From Histomonas meleagridis 2922-C6/04-290x (Eukaryota; Protista; Parabasalia), in the NCBI GenBank assembly GCA_020184695.1, contig JAANOX010000046.1, positions 62,001-126,000 on the forward strand: a stretch of DNA of 64,000 bases, read 5' to 3'. The position numbers and the translations under genes were made by a program. Below, one piece after another: positions 20,601-30,572 of this stretch. The stretch's first letter is position 1. Every line of letters begins with the position of its first letter. The notes below the pieces were generated by a model. It made no database searches and was not told the origin of the DNA. It was given only the letters and a program-made list of their open reading frames with translations.

Positions 20601-23470
20601 TTTTTATTATCTTTCTGATTGTTAATTTGAAGTTTTGGTTCTTCTATTTTTTTCTCTATTGGTTTTGGCTCCACTTTATCTTTGTTTTGATATGTTTCTT
20701 CTTGTTTTTCGCCTTTATTACTATCTATGACTTTTTTGTCATCTTTTTCTTTGTTAATTTCATGACTTTTATCTTTGTGTATATTAATTTCAAGTTTTGG
20801 TTCATTTTTAATTTCTTCTTTCTTCTCTTCATGTTTTTCATTTTTATTCGCAATAATTTCATTTTGTTTTTGATTTTTAGTGTTATGGAAATTATTTATG
20901 TTTTGTTCTTTGGTTCTATTTTGAATATTCTTTTCTTTAACTTCTTCTTTCTTGTCAACTTTGTGAATATTAATTTGCAGTTTTGGTTCGTTTTTACTTT
21001 CTTCTTCTTTTTTGTTTGCTTCAGTTGGTTTTTCTTCACTTTTAGTCATTTTATGACTTTCTTCTTTATCCTTTTCAGTAATTTTTTCCTCCTTTACATT
21101 GTTTTGACTCTTTGGTTCTTCTTTTACTTCCTTTTGTATGTTAACTTCGAGTTTTGGTTCATTGTTTATTTCTTTCCCTTCGTTATCTTTCTGTATATTA
21201 ATTTCGAGTTTTGGTTCATTGTTTATTTCTTTCCCTTCGTTATCTTTCTGTATGTTAACTTCGAGTTTTGGTTCATTGTTTATTTCTTTCCCTTCGTTAT
21301 CTTTCTGTATATTAATTTCAAGTTTTGGCTCATTTTTAATTTCTTCTTTCTTCACTATTTTTATTTCCTTTTCATCTTGTTTGTGAATTGGATTTATTTC
21401 GATTTGATTTCTATTATTCTCTTTTACAATGTTTTGCTCTTTTGGTTCTTCTTTCTTGTCATCTTTTTGTATGTTAATTTCAAGCTTTGGATCAACTTTC
21501 TTTTCTTGTTGTTTATTAATTACATTATTTTTATTTACTATATTTTCTGGTTGATTTTCTTTTCTATTATTTAATTCTCTATTTTTATTTTCGTCTTTAG
21601 CAATGTTTTGCTCTTTTGGATCCTCTCTCTTGTCATCCTTCTGTATATTAATTTCAAGTTTTGGTTCATTCTTAATTTCTTCTTTCTTATTCGTTTGAAT
21701 CTGTTTTGGTTCTTCTTTCTTATTCACTTGAATCGGTTTTGGTTCAATTTTCTTTTCGTCTTGTTTGTTGGTTAAATTATTTTTGTTTACTATATTTTCG
21801 GGTTGATTTTCTTTTCTATTATTTAATTCTCTATTTTTATTTTCGTCTTTAGTAATGTTTTGCTCTTTTGGATCCTCTCTCTTGTCATCCTTCTGTATAT
21901 TAATTTCAAGTTTTGGTTCATTCTTAATTTCTTCTTTCTTATTCGTTTGAATCTGTTTTGGTTCTTCTTTCTTTTCATCTTTTTGCATATTAATTCTAAT
22001 TTTTGGTTCATTATTAATTTCTTCTTTCTTATTCGTTTGAATCTGTTTTGGTTCTTCTTTCTTTTCATCTTTTTGTATGTTAATTTCAAATTTTGGTTCA
22101 TTCTTATTTATTTGAATCGGTTTTGGTTCAATTTTCTTTTCTTCTTGTTCATTATTTACATTTTGTTTGTTTACAATATTTTCTGATTGATTCTCTTTTC
22201 TGTTATTACTTAATTCTTTAGCAATGTTTTGATTTTTTGGTTCTTCTTTCTTTTCATCCTTTTGTATATTAATTTCAAGCTTTGTTTCTTCCTTATTTTC
22301 TTCTTTCTTATTTATTTCGATTGGCTTTGGTTGAATTTTCAATTCTTCTTGTTTATTGTTTATGTCATTTTCCATTTGTTTTTCATTTTTATCATTTATT
22401 TCTTTGTTTTCCTTATGTTCCTTATTATCATCAATTAGACTTGTTTCATTGTTAATGTTTTGTTCTTTCAGTTCTTCCTTAGCTTTACTTACATTGATTT
22501 CAAGTTTTGGCCCATTTTTGATTTCTTCATTTGGATTTAATTTCGATTGATTTTCCTCTTCTTTCTTTGTTTCATTGTTTTCTTTCAAATTCTTTTTGTT
22601 ATTTATTTTTCGTTTTGGTTTATTTTTATTTTGCAAAGGAATTTCATGCTTTGGTTCTTCATTTTTGATTTCTTTATTCGAAGTGAATTCATTTTTCTTT
22701 ATATTATTTGTTGGTTTCTTTTTAGGTTTAATTTTCTCTTCTTGATTATTATCAAGTTGATTTTTGTTAGAAAGTTTAATTTTAATTTTTTTGTTTTGCT
22801 CGTTTTCTGGTTTAAGTTGTGAATTATTTTCTTCAATTTGTTTTTCGTTTTCTTTTCTTTTAAGTTTGTTATTTTTCTCTTTTTCTGAATTGGTTTTGTT
22901 CTTAAGTTGCTTTTCTTCCTTTTCATATTCTGTCTGATCTTTCTCTTTTTGTTGATTATTGATTTGCTGTATATCATCATGATGAGGTTTGATTTTTTCA
23001 TGAGTTACCTTTTCAACTTTGGGCTTTACTATAGAATATTTTAACTTTTGAACTGGTTGTGGTTCAACTACTGTCATTCCATCCTGTTCTATGAATAATT
23101 CTCTTCGAGCAGTTGATGATTTCTGTGGTTGGACAGGAAGATCACTTTTCGGAGTTCCTTTTGGCCTTACAGAACTCGATCTATGAATAGGACTTATAAA
23201 AAATGGAGAAATAAAAATTTTTCTTTTTGATTTATAAATTTCATTTAGAAGTCTAATATTTTGCCTATCAATATCCATTTGAAGTTTGTTATCTTTTCCT
23301 TGTTGTTTCTTGTAAACAGCAAGTCTTGGAACACTTGGTGGTGGGGTAGTATTTAGATGTCCTTTTAATGATGATATTTCTTCTAATGCCTTTTTATGCC
23401 GTTTGTATGCTCTTTCTTTGTCTTCAACATCTAGAATTGGAGAAGGAGCTAAATCTTCTTTGTTCAACAT
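17696..23470 (-). CDS. Giant low-complexity K/E/N repeat protein with a CFAP97/KIAA1430-like N-terminus
   Basis: 1924-aa ORF; N-terminal RAYKRHKKALEE..HLNTTPP..QMDIDRQNIRLLNEI resembles the CFAP97 motif; several internal repeat families. Confidence 0.7.
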   Translation of the reverse strand: MLNKEDLAPSPILDVEDKERAYKRHKKALEEISSLKGHLNTTPPPSVPRLAVYKKQQGKDNKLQMDIDRQNIRLLNEIYKSKRKIFISPFFISPIHRSSSVRPKGTPKSDLPVQPQKSSTARRELFIEQDGMTVVEPQPVQKLKYSIVKPKVEKVTHEKIKPHHDDIQQINNQQKEKDQTEYEKEEKQLKNKTNSEKEKNNKLKRKENEKQIEENNSQLKPENEQNKKIKIKLSNKNQLDNNQEEKIKPKKKPTNNIKKNEFTSNKEIKNEEPKHEIPLQNKNKPKRKINNKKNLKENNETKKEEENQSKLNPNEEIKNGPKLEINVSKAKEELKEQNINNETSLIDDNKEHKENKEINDKNEKQMENDINNKQEELKIQPKPIEINKKEENKEETKLEINIQKDEKKEEPKNQNIAKELSNNRKENQSENIVNKQNVNNEQEEKKIEPKPIQINKNEPKFEINIQKDEKKEEPKQIQTNKKEEINNEPKIRINMQKDEKKEEPKQIQTNKKEEIKNEPKLEINIQKDDKREDPKEQNITKDENKNRELNNRKENQPENIVNKNNLTNKQDEKKIEPKPIQVNKKEEPKQIQTNKKEEIKNEPKLEINIQKDDKREDPKEQNIAKDENKNRELNNRKENQPENIVNKNNVINKQQEKKVDPKLEINIQKDDKKEEPKEQNIVKENNRNQIEINPIHKQDEKEIKIVKKEEIKNEPKLEINIQKDNEGKEINNEPKLEVNIQKDNEGKEINNEPKLEINIQKDNEGKEINNEPKLEVNIQKEVKEEPKSQNNVKEEKITEKDKEESHKMTKSEEKPTEANKKEEESKNEPKLQINIHKVDKKEEVKEKNIQNRTKEQNINNFHNTKNQKQNEIIANKNEKHEEKKEEIKNEPKLEINIHKDKSHEINKEKDDKKVIDSNKGEKQEETYQNKDKVEPKPIEKKIEEPKLQINNQKDNKNDEKQDKEKEIKQTFHESEKDKENINESKNEINKPEPKLQINNQKDNKNDEKQDKEKEIKQTFHESEKDKENINESKNEINKPEPKLEIVMQKERSPETKEEPKVEINIQNEKKEEKIEEKQEKEINPNKENEKVIQEHKLDFDIHKEVKPENNKSKRQNPQNKTREIPLRSNIRNENKTETKPQIKTGKHENKENISEKQKIEVIPQKEKIEENISNKIILNEIKTDKEKEEPKLEISIEKNKEIPNSQVLISKDNKNQENINEKPLIESVKNEQIDETSKEEKSENAKLKKIRKTKKPNIKVIINRKDDNDEIIFGVPKLNNKLQKENKLTENKAINQPKNETVKTNPQNAKTNNKIENKLQPKIETTNTNPQNKIETTNTNPQNKIETVNTNPQNKIETTNTNPQNKIETTNTNPQNKIETVNTNPQNKIETTNTNPQNKIETVNTNPQNAKTNNKIENKLQPKIETVNTNPQKKTETTNTNPQNKIETTNTNPQNKIETVNTNPQNAKTNNKIENKLQPKIETTNTNPQNKIETTNTNPQNKIETTNTNPQNKIETVNTNPQNAKTNNKIENKLQPKIETTNTNPQNKIETTNTNPQNKIETVNTNPQNKIETTNTNPQNKIETVNTNPQNAKTNNKIENKLQPKIETVNTNPQKKTETTNTNPQNKIETTNTNPQNKTETVNTNPQNAKTNNKIENKLQPKIETTNANPQNKSESKTNNKIENRNVEKISKTNKSLENRSKTNNKTVNSSANSQTKIKTDKNTENKSQSDNKNPENNTQTKTQRSENTENNSLTKRETIIKTPENKLQTEVETNENTENNLQTQREIDNNPENKLQIKVETVKSPANISPSKGQTEEKLKESNNLEHLNHSGIEMNDDKHHENVLNDKNEFHMHPNDQHETFSFHNDMNQMNRRPKETNYGETHDSKFQLKTRYPQYTGANHTRYVFDGDDLSNVWKALGYKK
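18455..19570 (-). repeat. Coding minisatellite: 33-nt units (PQNKIETTNTN) interspersed with 72-nt units (PQNAKTNNKIENKLQPKIETxNTN)
   Basis: TTTTGTGGATTTGTATTTGTTGTTTCAATTTTA repeated on + strand in a higher-order pattern, all in frame. Confidence 0.95.
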
Positions 23471-23528
23471 CTAGAAAAATACGTTATAACTATTTGAATG
23501 GAATACGTTAACAGTGCAAATTATCCAA

Positions 23529-24218
23529 ATGGCATCCAAGAAAGTACCAACAATGACCGCAAATCAAGCGCTTCAAATATGGGCGCAACAACACCCTGAT
23601 GAGCGTCTTGAAGAGGTAGAAGAAGTTGGACTTCAAGCTCAAAATCCACCGATTAAAACAATGACTGAAAGAATTGCTCAATTAGCAAATTGTAAAAAAC
23701 TTCTAATCAGCACGAATAACATAGAAGAAATTCAATTTTTACCACCACGCATTGAAATTCTTTCAATTGGAAGAAATATGTTGAAAAGACTTGATAAAAT
23801 TGAAAAAGCGGCAGCAACATTACAACAATTATGGATGAGCTACAATAATGTTAAATCATTTGCACCACTTGTTCAATGTAAAAGACTTCGTGTTTTATAT
23901 GCAGCTCATAATAACATATCACAACTCAGCGAAATCGATCGATTAGGCCAACTACCAAATCTTGAGGATATTGTACTCATTGGAAATCCTCTTTATAACG
24001 ATTTGAACAAGAAAGGAACATATCGACAAGAAATCTTAAGAAGGCTCAAGAAACTTCAAGTACTTGATGGAGTCGCACTTACGCAACTACAGTCAGAGAA
24101 CAACAATCCTCCACAACAAGAGCCTCCTTCAATTGCTGTATCAGGAATTGCTTCAAGAGCGCAAACACCAAGAAGAGAAACAACTGCATCATCAAAAAGA
24201 AACGACTCGTATAAATAA
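23529..24218 (+). CDS. DNAL1: Axonemal outer-arm dynein light chain 1 (LC1, LRR protein)
   Basis: AQNPPIKTM..LANCKKLLISTNNIE..LSIGRN..LWMSYN..GNPL closely follows the LC1/DNAL1 pattern; ATG at 23529. Confidence 0.9.
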   Translation: MASKKVPTMTANQALQIWAQQHPDERLEEVEEVGLQAQNPPIKTMTERIAQLANCKKLLISTNNIEEIQFLPPRIEILSIGRNMLKRLDKIEKAAATLQQLWMSYNNVKSFAPLVQCKRLRVLYAAHNNISQLSEIDRLGQLPNLEDIVLIGNPLYNDLNKKGTYRQEILRRLKKLQVLDGVALTQLQSENNNPPQQEPPSIAVSGIASRAQTPRRETTASSKRNDSYK

Positions 24219-25004
24219 AGAAAATATATGAAATAATATATAGTGGAATAAATTCATATTATTTGACAATGAGAAAATGCATAGGGAATAGTATGTATTA
24301 TGAAAGTAAATGTGGAAAAATATACTTTGGATATATTACCAAAAGAATAAACATCAATTATTGATTCAAGTGATATTTTTATATATTCGTATCAAATATG
24401 GCACATGACGGATTTATCCAAGCCTGCTTAAGCTCAGAACTACAATGGATGAACGAACAACCAGAGTTCCAAAAGAAAGACAATGTTTGAACCTTTATAT
24501 AATTTCACAAAACTAAGCATGAAACATTCATCCATTTTGTTTTGGTAAAATTCATAACAATACAAAGCGATATCGCTTATCTAAATTCTGTTTTTATATG
24601 GAAAATAATAAAATCTTCATTTAATGAATGTAAAAAATAGAATTTAACAAACTTTGAAGATGATTTTTCAAAATCAATTTCTTTTTTGCTCTTGTTAATT
24701 AAGGTTTTTCAATTACATAGAAACATTACTCAATTGCCTAAAGCATTTCAAAGCAAGCAAACTTTTTCTTTTCTTAGCAATGGTTAACCTTCATGTAGAA
24801 GTTTGTCTCCTATTCGTATGATAAGGCTTAGGAATGCACTTCCTACACTTGTTACAAATGTCGTTGACCACTAACTTAGTCGAACATTGTGTTCCGTGAT
24901 GTTATTTTGATAATTCCAAAACGCACATTAATATATAACTGAATGTGATCGCATTAATGCATTTGCAAAGTGTAAAAGTTTAAGTACTTATTATCTATGC
25001 AAAT

Positions 25005-26963
25005 TTATTTATCATTTTTCTTTTCATTTTCTTTTTCACTTTGTCCTTCGTTTTCTTTCTTATCCTTTTTCTCTTCATTTGCACCTTGGGCAGCCTCGTT
25101 GATAGCGCTGTACATTTCCATTGACGTTGTCTTCAATATTTCGTATTTTTCGTCTGCCAATTTCATATCTGTACCATTCAAAGCGTCTCTTAACTCCTTA
25201 ATTTGTTTCCTTAATTTGGACAACAAATTCACCGGCAACTTTTTCTCGTATTCATTAATTTGTTTCTCGACACCTCTGCAATATTCCTCCATATCATATT
25301 TCTTTTGGACTATTTCCTTTTGTTCCTTATCTTCTTTTGCATGTTTCTCAGCGTCTTCAACCATCTTTGCGATTTCTTCTTGGCTTAGTCCTCCATGTTG
25401 TTGGATGACTATATCTTGTTCCTTACCGCTTGACTTATCGCGTGCTGAAACATGTACAATAGAGTTAGCATCGATTTCAAACGTAACTTCGATTTGTGGT
25501 ACTCCTTTAGGTGCTGGTGGAATTCCAACTAATGTAAACTCGCCAAGTAACTTATTGCCAACAACCATTTCACGCTCGCCTTGATATACATGTATACCGA
25601 CTTGTGATTGTCCATCACTTGCAGTAGTGAACACATTACTCTTTTTACATGGAACTACAGTATTACGTGGAATTATTGGAGCAAATACTCCGCCAACTGT
25701 TTCGATACCTAATGATAATGGAGTCACATCTAATAATACAATGTCTTTCATGTCGCCTCTGATAATTGAGCCTTGAATTGCTGCTCCAATGGCAACAACT
25801 TCATCTGGATTTACCCCTCTAAATGGATCTTTGCCAAAGAACTCTTGAACACTACTGATGACTTTGGGCATTCGCGTCATACCACCAACCATTATAACTT
25901 CGTTGATGTCGTTCTTCGTGATTCCGGCGTCTTTGAGACATGCGGTACATGGCGCTATCGTTCGTTTGATTAAGTCGGCAGATAAATCTTCGAATTTTTG
26001 GCGTGTGATGGACATTTGTAAATGTTTCGGTCCAGCGGCAGTTACAGTGATGTATGGAAGATTGATTTCGGTCTTGAGCATTGTTGATAATTCGCATTTG
26101 GCCTTTTCGACAGCTTCACGGACTCGTTGCATAGCCATGGAATCCTTTAACAAATCAACGCCTTCAGCTTTCTTGAATTCTGAAATGACATAATTCATTA
26201 AGACGGAATCAAAATCTTCACCGCCTAAAAAGGTGTCGCCATTAGTGGCTTTAACTTCGAAGATTCCATCTTTGCTGATTTCAAGAATGGAAATATCAAA
26301 GGTTCCACCACCAAGATCGAAAACTGCAATTGTTTGACCTTCTTTACGATCAACTCCATAGGCTAAGGCAGCTGCTGTGGGTTCGTTAACTATACGCTCG
26401 ACTTCAAGACCTGCAATTTTGCCTGCATCTTTAGTGGCTTGACGTTGGGAATCATTGAAATATGCTGGAACTGTAACAACTGCTTTGGTAACAGTGTTGC
26501 CAAGATAGTTTTCGGCTGTTTCCTTCATCTTTCCGAGAACAAAAGCACCGATTTGTGATGGGGAATAAAGATTCGATTTTTCATCACGGACCCAAGCATC
26601 ACCATTTTTAGCCTTTACAATCTCATATGGAACCATAGATTTGGATTTAGTTACCATTTCATCACTATATGTACGACCAATTAATCTCTTAGTTGCGAAA
26701 AATGTCGATTTCGTATTGGTGACCATTTGTCTCTTTGCATGCTCACCTACAAGACGTTGACCATCTTTAGTAAAAGCAACAATAGAAGGAGTAGTTCTAG
26801 AACCTTCAGCATTTGTTAAAACTTTAGGTGAGCCACCTTCAACAATAGCCACACATGAGTTGGTAGTACCAAGATCTATACCAATAATAGGAGATTCTTT
26901 TGGCTTAGAAGCAAATAGTCTAGTAAATAAGGATTTGCTTTGTTTCGAAAACGAGCCAAGCAT
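25005..26963 (-). CDS. HSP70: Mitochondrial-type (hydrogenosomal) Hsp70
   Basis: [35 protein letters not shown]; short Ser/Leu/Phe/Arg-rich presequence [17 protein letters not shown]. Confidence 0.93.
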   Translation of the reverse strand: MLGSFSKQSKSLFTRLFASKPKESPIIGIDLGTTNSCVAIVEGGSPKVLTNAEGSRTTPSIVAFTKDGQRLVGEHAKRQMVTNTKSTFFATKRLIGRTYSDEMVTKSKSMVPYEIVKAKNGDAWVRDEKSNLYSPSQIGAFVLGKMKETAENYLGNTVTKAVVTVPAYFNDSQRQATKDAGKIAGLEVERIVNEPTAAALAYGVDRKEGQTIAVFDLGGGTFDISILEISKDGIFEVKATNGDTFLGGEDFDSVLMNYVISEFKKAEGVDLLKDSMAMQRVREAVEKAKCELSTMLKTEINLPYITVTAAGPKHLQMSITRQKFEDLSADLIKRTIAPCTACLKDAGITKNDINEVIMVGGMTRMPKVISSVQEFFGKDPFRGVNPDEVVAIGAAIQGSIIRGDMKDIVLLDVTPLSLGIETVGGVFAPIIPRNTVVPCKKSNVFTTASDGQSQVGIHVYQGEREMVVGNKLLGEFTLVGIPPAPKGVPQIEVTFEIDANSIVHVSARDKSSGKEQDIVIQQHGGLSQEEIAKMVEDAEKHAKEDKEQKEIVQKKYDMEEYCRGVEKQINEYEKKLPVNLLSKLRKQIKELRDALNGTDMKLADEKYEILKTTSMEMYSAINEAAQGANEEKKDKKENEGQSEKENEKKNDK

Positions 26964-27110
26964 TTGAACGATAAAATTTAAATAGTCAATTCACAAACCT
27001 CCGATATTCTGTGATTTAAACGCGCTCATAAGTGGCCGGCGAAATTGAAAAATTGAATAAAAAGTGAAGTTGTATATTGATTTTTATTTTACAACAGATG
27101 TATTTATTTA

Positions 27111-30044
27111 TTATCCTAAATTTGCTTGAAGATAAGCCATTTTGATTTGATTGTTTTCACAAACATTTGCACAAAAAGCAAGTGAATCCGGTATTTTCGA
27201 CAAAATAGATGTTAAAATAGATTTAAATTCAACTAAAATTTCTGGTGTTAAATTTCTCTTTTTTAAGGATTCATTTGATTCAGAGAAAAGTTTTATCAGA
27301 GAAATAGTAACAAATGAATTTAATTCACCATTTTGATTCAAATATAACATTTTTAAAAATTCCAAAAATTTATAAGTTAATTTATAATATATATTTGGTG
27401 GAATACAATTAAAAATGTTTGTTAAAAATGGCTGTAAATTGATTTGGCACTTCTTTATAATTGAAAACAGTAATAAAACACATTTTTCACATTTTTCATT
27501 TCCTTCGTTAATTTTAGCAGCGATAAAATTAAGTACATTTCCAACATTATCAATTGCTACAGGAAAACCAATTTCAAACAATGCCGAAATACAATCAAAA
27601 GACGATATACAATCATTATTAGCAATAGCGCAACTAAATATTTGTACTTTAAATTGATCATCGATAAATTTACTTAAGCCCATTATATAATCAGCGAAAA
27701 AAGAAATCGCGAAATTACGAAGTTGCATTTTAACATTTTCATTAAGAAATCCTTGAATTAAAGGAAGACATTGATTTAATACGCTTGTAAAACTATTTGA
27801 AATTAAAGCTCTTAATAATTCAAGAATTCCATTAAAAAGGTTTTCATCATATTGACAAATACCTCTTTGGAAAAATAATTGTCCAGTTAGAACAAGTTCA
27901 ATACATTCAAATATATTTGCATCAAATATTGTTGGAAACTCTTTCGTAATGTTTGCGCATGCAATAAATCCATTTCCACATGTTAAGTTATCAGAATTTG
28001 ATGATTTGATTAAAGGTATTATTAAAGTTGTTAATATATTAGAAGCAATTTCACGTGAACCATTAATCTTAGGTAATGCCTCTGTAATAAAAATGATACT
28101 TCTACTACATGAATATGTTCCATCTCCTGTTGGTGAATCTTTATATCGAATTAATAAGTTATAAACTCGTTCATAATATTGTACAAATAATGTCGGATTT
28201 AATGAGATGATTTTACAGATAACTCTAAGAGATGCTGATGTAGAATTAACAGATGCTTGGAATTCAAATTCATCTTCATCAAAATCATTTGGTGCATTAT
28301 CATTACTAAAATCAATTTCAGTTTCAGCAATTTGGAAAAGTAATTCAAGTGCGCCAACTCCAATCATTTGTTGTGATTGTTCTGGAAAATATTCATAAAC
28401 ATCTCCAAACGCATTAATACATTCAAAAGAATTTGATGAATTAAAATTAGAACAAATATATTGAAGAAATTGTGGTACAAATTGAGCAATTTGTGCACTA
28501 CATGTTTTACATAAATGTGCAATACATGAAATCGCTGGCGCTTTTATTGAGTCTTCTTCAGTATTTAATAAATGATTCATTATTCCAAATATTTGCTCGA
28601 AATAATGTGAAATTATTTCGCATCGTTTAACTAATGATGAAATACATATAACAATTTGATTTTGAATTAAGACATTTGGTGTTTCATTAAGTAATGTTAA
28701 GAAATATTGACAAAGTTTCTCGAAAAATGAATCAATTTGTGGAATTGAATTAATAATATTATTAAAAGTCACAAAAAATTCAAGTGAAATACCATTACAT
28801 ATAGCATCGATTAATGGTTGTATTAATTGAGATAAATCAATTTTAGGAAATACTTCCGAAAACTCTGAGATTGCAACAGAAGTAATAACTCTAATAGAAA
28901 TATCATTGTTTCTTAAACCTAACTCAAATATTTGCATTATTTCTTTTGTAACGTTTTGATATGTTTCATAACCATTTCGAAATGATGAGTAAAGCATTTG
29001 TAATACAACAAAAAAAACATTTGGTGTTTGTCCACCACTTAAAATTTCTTTAATTAAGTTCCAAATAGAACCAAAAAATTGATCATCAAAAATAACATTC
29101 ATTATTTCATTGAAGATTGATTGACTTGGTAAATCAAAATATTCATTTGGTTGATATATTTGCATTGAATAATTTATATAAGATTTGATTACTTCGAAAA
29201 CAAGATTACTTTCAATGAGACTATCGGTGTAACCGATAAAAATTGAATTCGATAACGATAGAAGTATTGATTTGATGTTTGGATTTACATTTGGTGATAC
29301 AAGAGACTGCAAGCAAATGGATAAAAGTCCGACGAAATCAAAATCAGTTGTATTAAGTGAATCAATAAATTCAGAAAAGCCTTGACATAGTTCATCAATT
29401 ATTTGAAATGAACCTGATTGAAGAGCTTCAATAAAACAACGTGAAGCAACTTGAATATATTGCTTGTAATAATCTTGGTTCATTTCATAGAGAATAGGAG
29501 CAATTTTGAGAACAAAAACTGTTGTTGTGTATTTTAAATTACTGTCATTAATTTGATATGATAATGCAATTAAGTCACAACAAAGAGGAATTACTTCCTC
29601 TGGGAGTTGCTGTATAATTGAACTTAAAATTCTAATAGATGAATCAATCAATATTAAGTTTGATTGATTTTCAAAACAATTCTTGACAAAATTAATTATT
29701 ATCGAAACCCGCTCAGGAATAAAAAATTCTGATATGTAAAAAATAGAATTTTGTCGAATAAAATCTGATCTTTCATAAATTGATAAATTAAGAAGTGAAT
29801 TAAGGACATCATTAGGCTGAAGGGATGAACCAAAATTATTTTTTAGACATTTACGTAGACCAATCATTGCGCTTTTTTGATGAAATTCGTCGTTCGTATT
29901 TTGGATAAGATTAATGAGACAAATAAAAATATCTGGAATTGAATATAAATTATCTAAAACCTGTTGTGCTTGATTAATGTTAAAACCACTTGGATCTTTC
30001 AGAATTTCGTAGCATTGTGAAAGTTGATTTATAAGCTCATCCAT
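27111..30044 (-). CDS. Importin-beta family HEAT-repeat protein
   Basis: 977 aa, all-helical; N-terminal AQQVLDNLY..QKSAMIGLRKCLK resembles the IBN_N domain. Confidence 0.65.
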   Translation of the reverse strand: MDELINQLSQCYEILKDPSGFNINQAQQVLDNLYSIPDIFICLINLIQNTNDEFHQKSAMIGLRKCLKNNFGSSLQPNDVLNSLLNLSIYERSDFIRQNSIFYISEFFIPERVSIIINFVKNCFENQSNLILIDSSIRILSSIIQQLPEEVIPLCCDLIALSYQINDSNLKYTTTVFVLKIAPILYEMNQDYYKQYIQVASRCFIEALQSGSFQIIDELCQGFSEFIDSLNTTDFDFVGLLSICLQSLVSPNVNPNIKSILLSLSNSIFIGYTDSLIESNLVFEVIKSYINYSMQIYQPNEYFDLPSQSIFNEIMNVIFDDQFFGSIWNLIKEILSGGQTPNVFFVVLQMLYSSFRNGYETYQNVTKEIMQIFELGLRNNDISIRVITSVAISEFSEVFPKIDLSQLIQPLIDAICNGISLEFFVTFNNIINSIPQIDSFFEKLCQYFLTLLNETPNVLIQNQIVICISSLVKRCEIISHYFEQIFGIMNHLLNTEEDSIKAPAISCIAHLCKTCSAQIAQFVPQFLQYICSNFNSSNSFECINAFGDVYEYFPEQSQQMIGVGALELLFQIAETEIDFSNDNAPNDFDEDEFEFQASVNSTSASLRVICKIISLNPTLFVQYYERVYNLLIRYKDSPTGDGTYSCSRSIIFITEALPKINGSREIASNILTTLIIPLIKSSNSDNLTCGNGFIACANITKEFPTIFDANIFECIELVLTGQLFFQRGICQYDENLFNGILELLRALISNSFTSVLNQCLPLIQGFLNENVKMQLRNFAISFFADYIMGLSKFIDDQFKVQIFSCAIANNDCISSFDCISALFEIGFPVAIDNVGNVLNFIAAKINEGNEKCEKCVLLLFSIIKKCQINLQPFLTNIFNCIPPNIYYKLTYKFLEFLKMLYLNQNGELNSFVTISLIKLFSESNESLKKRNLTPEILVEFKSILTSILSKIPDSLAFCANVCENNQIKMAYLQANLG

Positions 30045-30572
30045 TGATCGGCCAGATACACTTTCAAATAAATCCTCATTGAAAATTTACTACTTTACAA
30101 ACAAATTGAGAGTAAATTCATCACCATAAAGCAGCAAATTAGCGAATTGGAGCTACATCAGAACCAACGAAGTAAACATTGTTAAAATGCATGACTTCTT
30201 TAAATCACCAAAGAAAAAATTCACTACCTATTTTTAAACATCAAATGTTTTATAATATTTTCTTTAATATGATCACAGCATCTAATTCTCCAAAACAAAT
30301 ACTTAAAGATTTAAATCAGAACGACATAAATACCATTTAAAACAAAATATAATTTCATTTATATTTCTGGAAAAGTTAAAGCTTTGTTTTCAAGAATTTC
30401 TTTTTAAGTATTATTCTTCATAATTAATTTTCTCTGTGTTATTTCATAAAAATGGCGACTTCACTCTATTTTTATTTTGAGAAGCATAAAATATTTAAAC
30501 TTTTATTAAAAACCATTTTCAAAACTATCTTTTATTTATTTTTTTTATAGAAAACTTTCAAGTTTTTTTTTC

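Noticed and set aside
18106-22822. Long hydrophobic plus-strand ORFs (e.g. 18458-19609, 20117-21574)
   Set aside because: Antisense shadows of the K/E/N-rich repeat ORF on the minus strand.
25005-26963. DnaK-like sequence as possible bacterial contamination or recent HGT
   Set aside because: It has an organellar presequence and eukaryotic neighbours; mitochondrial-type Hsp70 is established in parabasalid hydrogenosomes.
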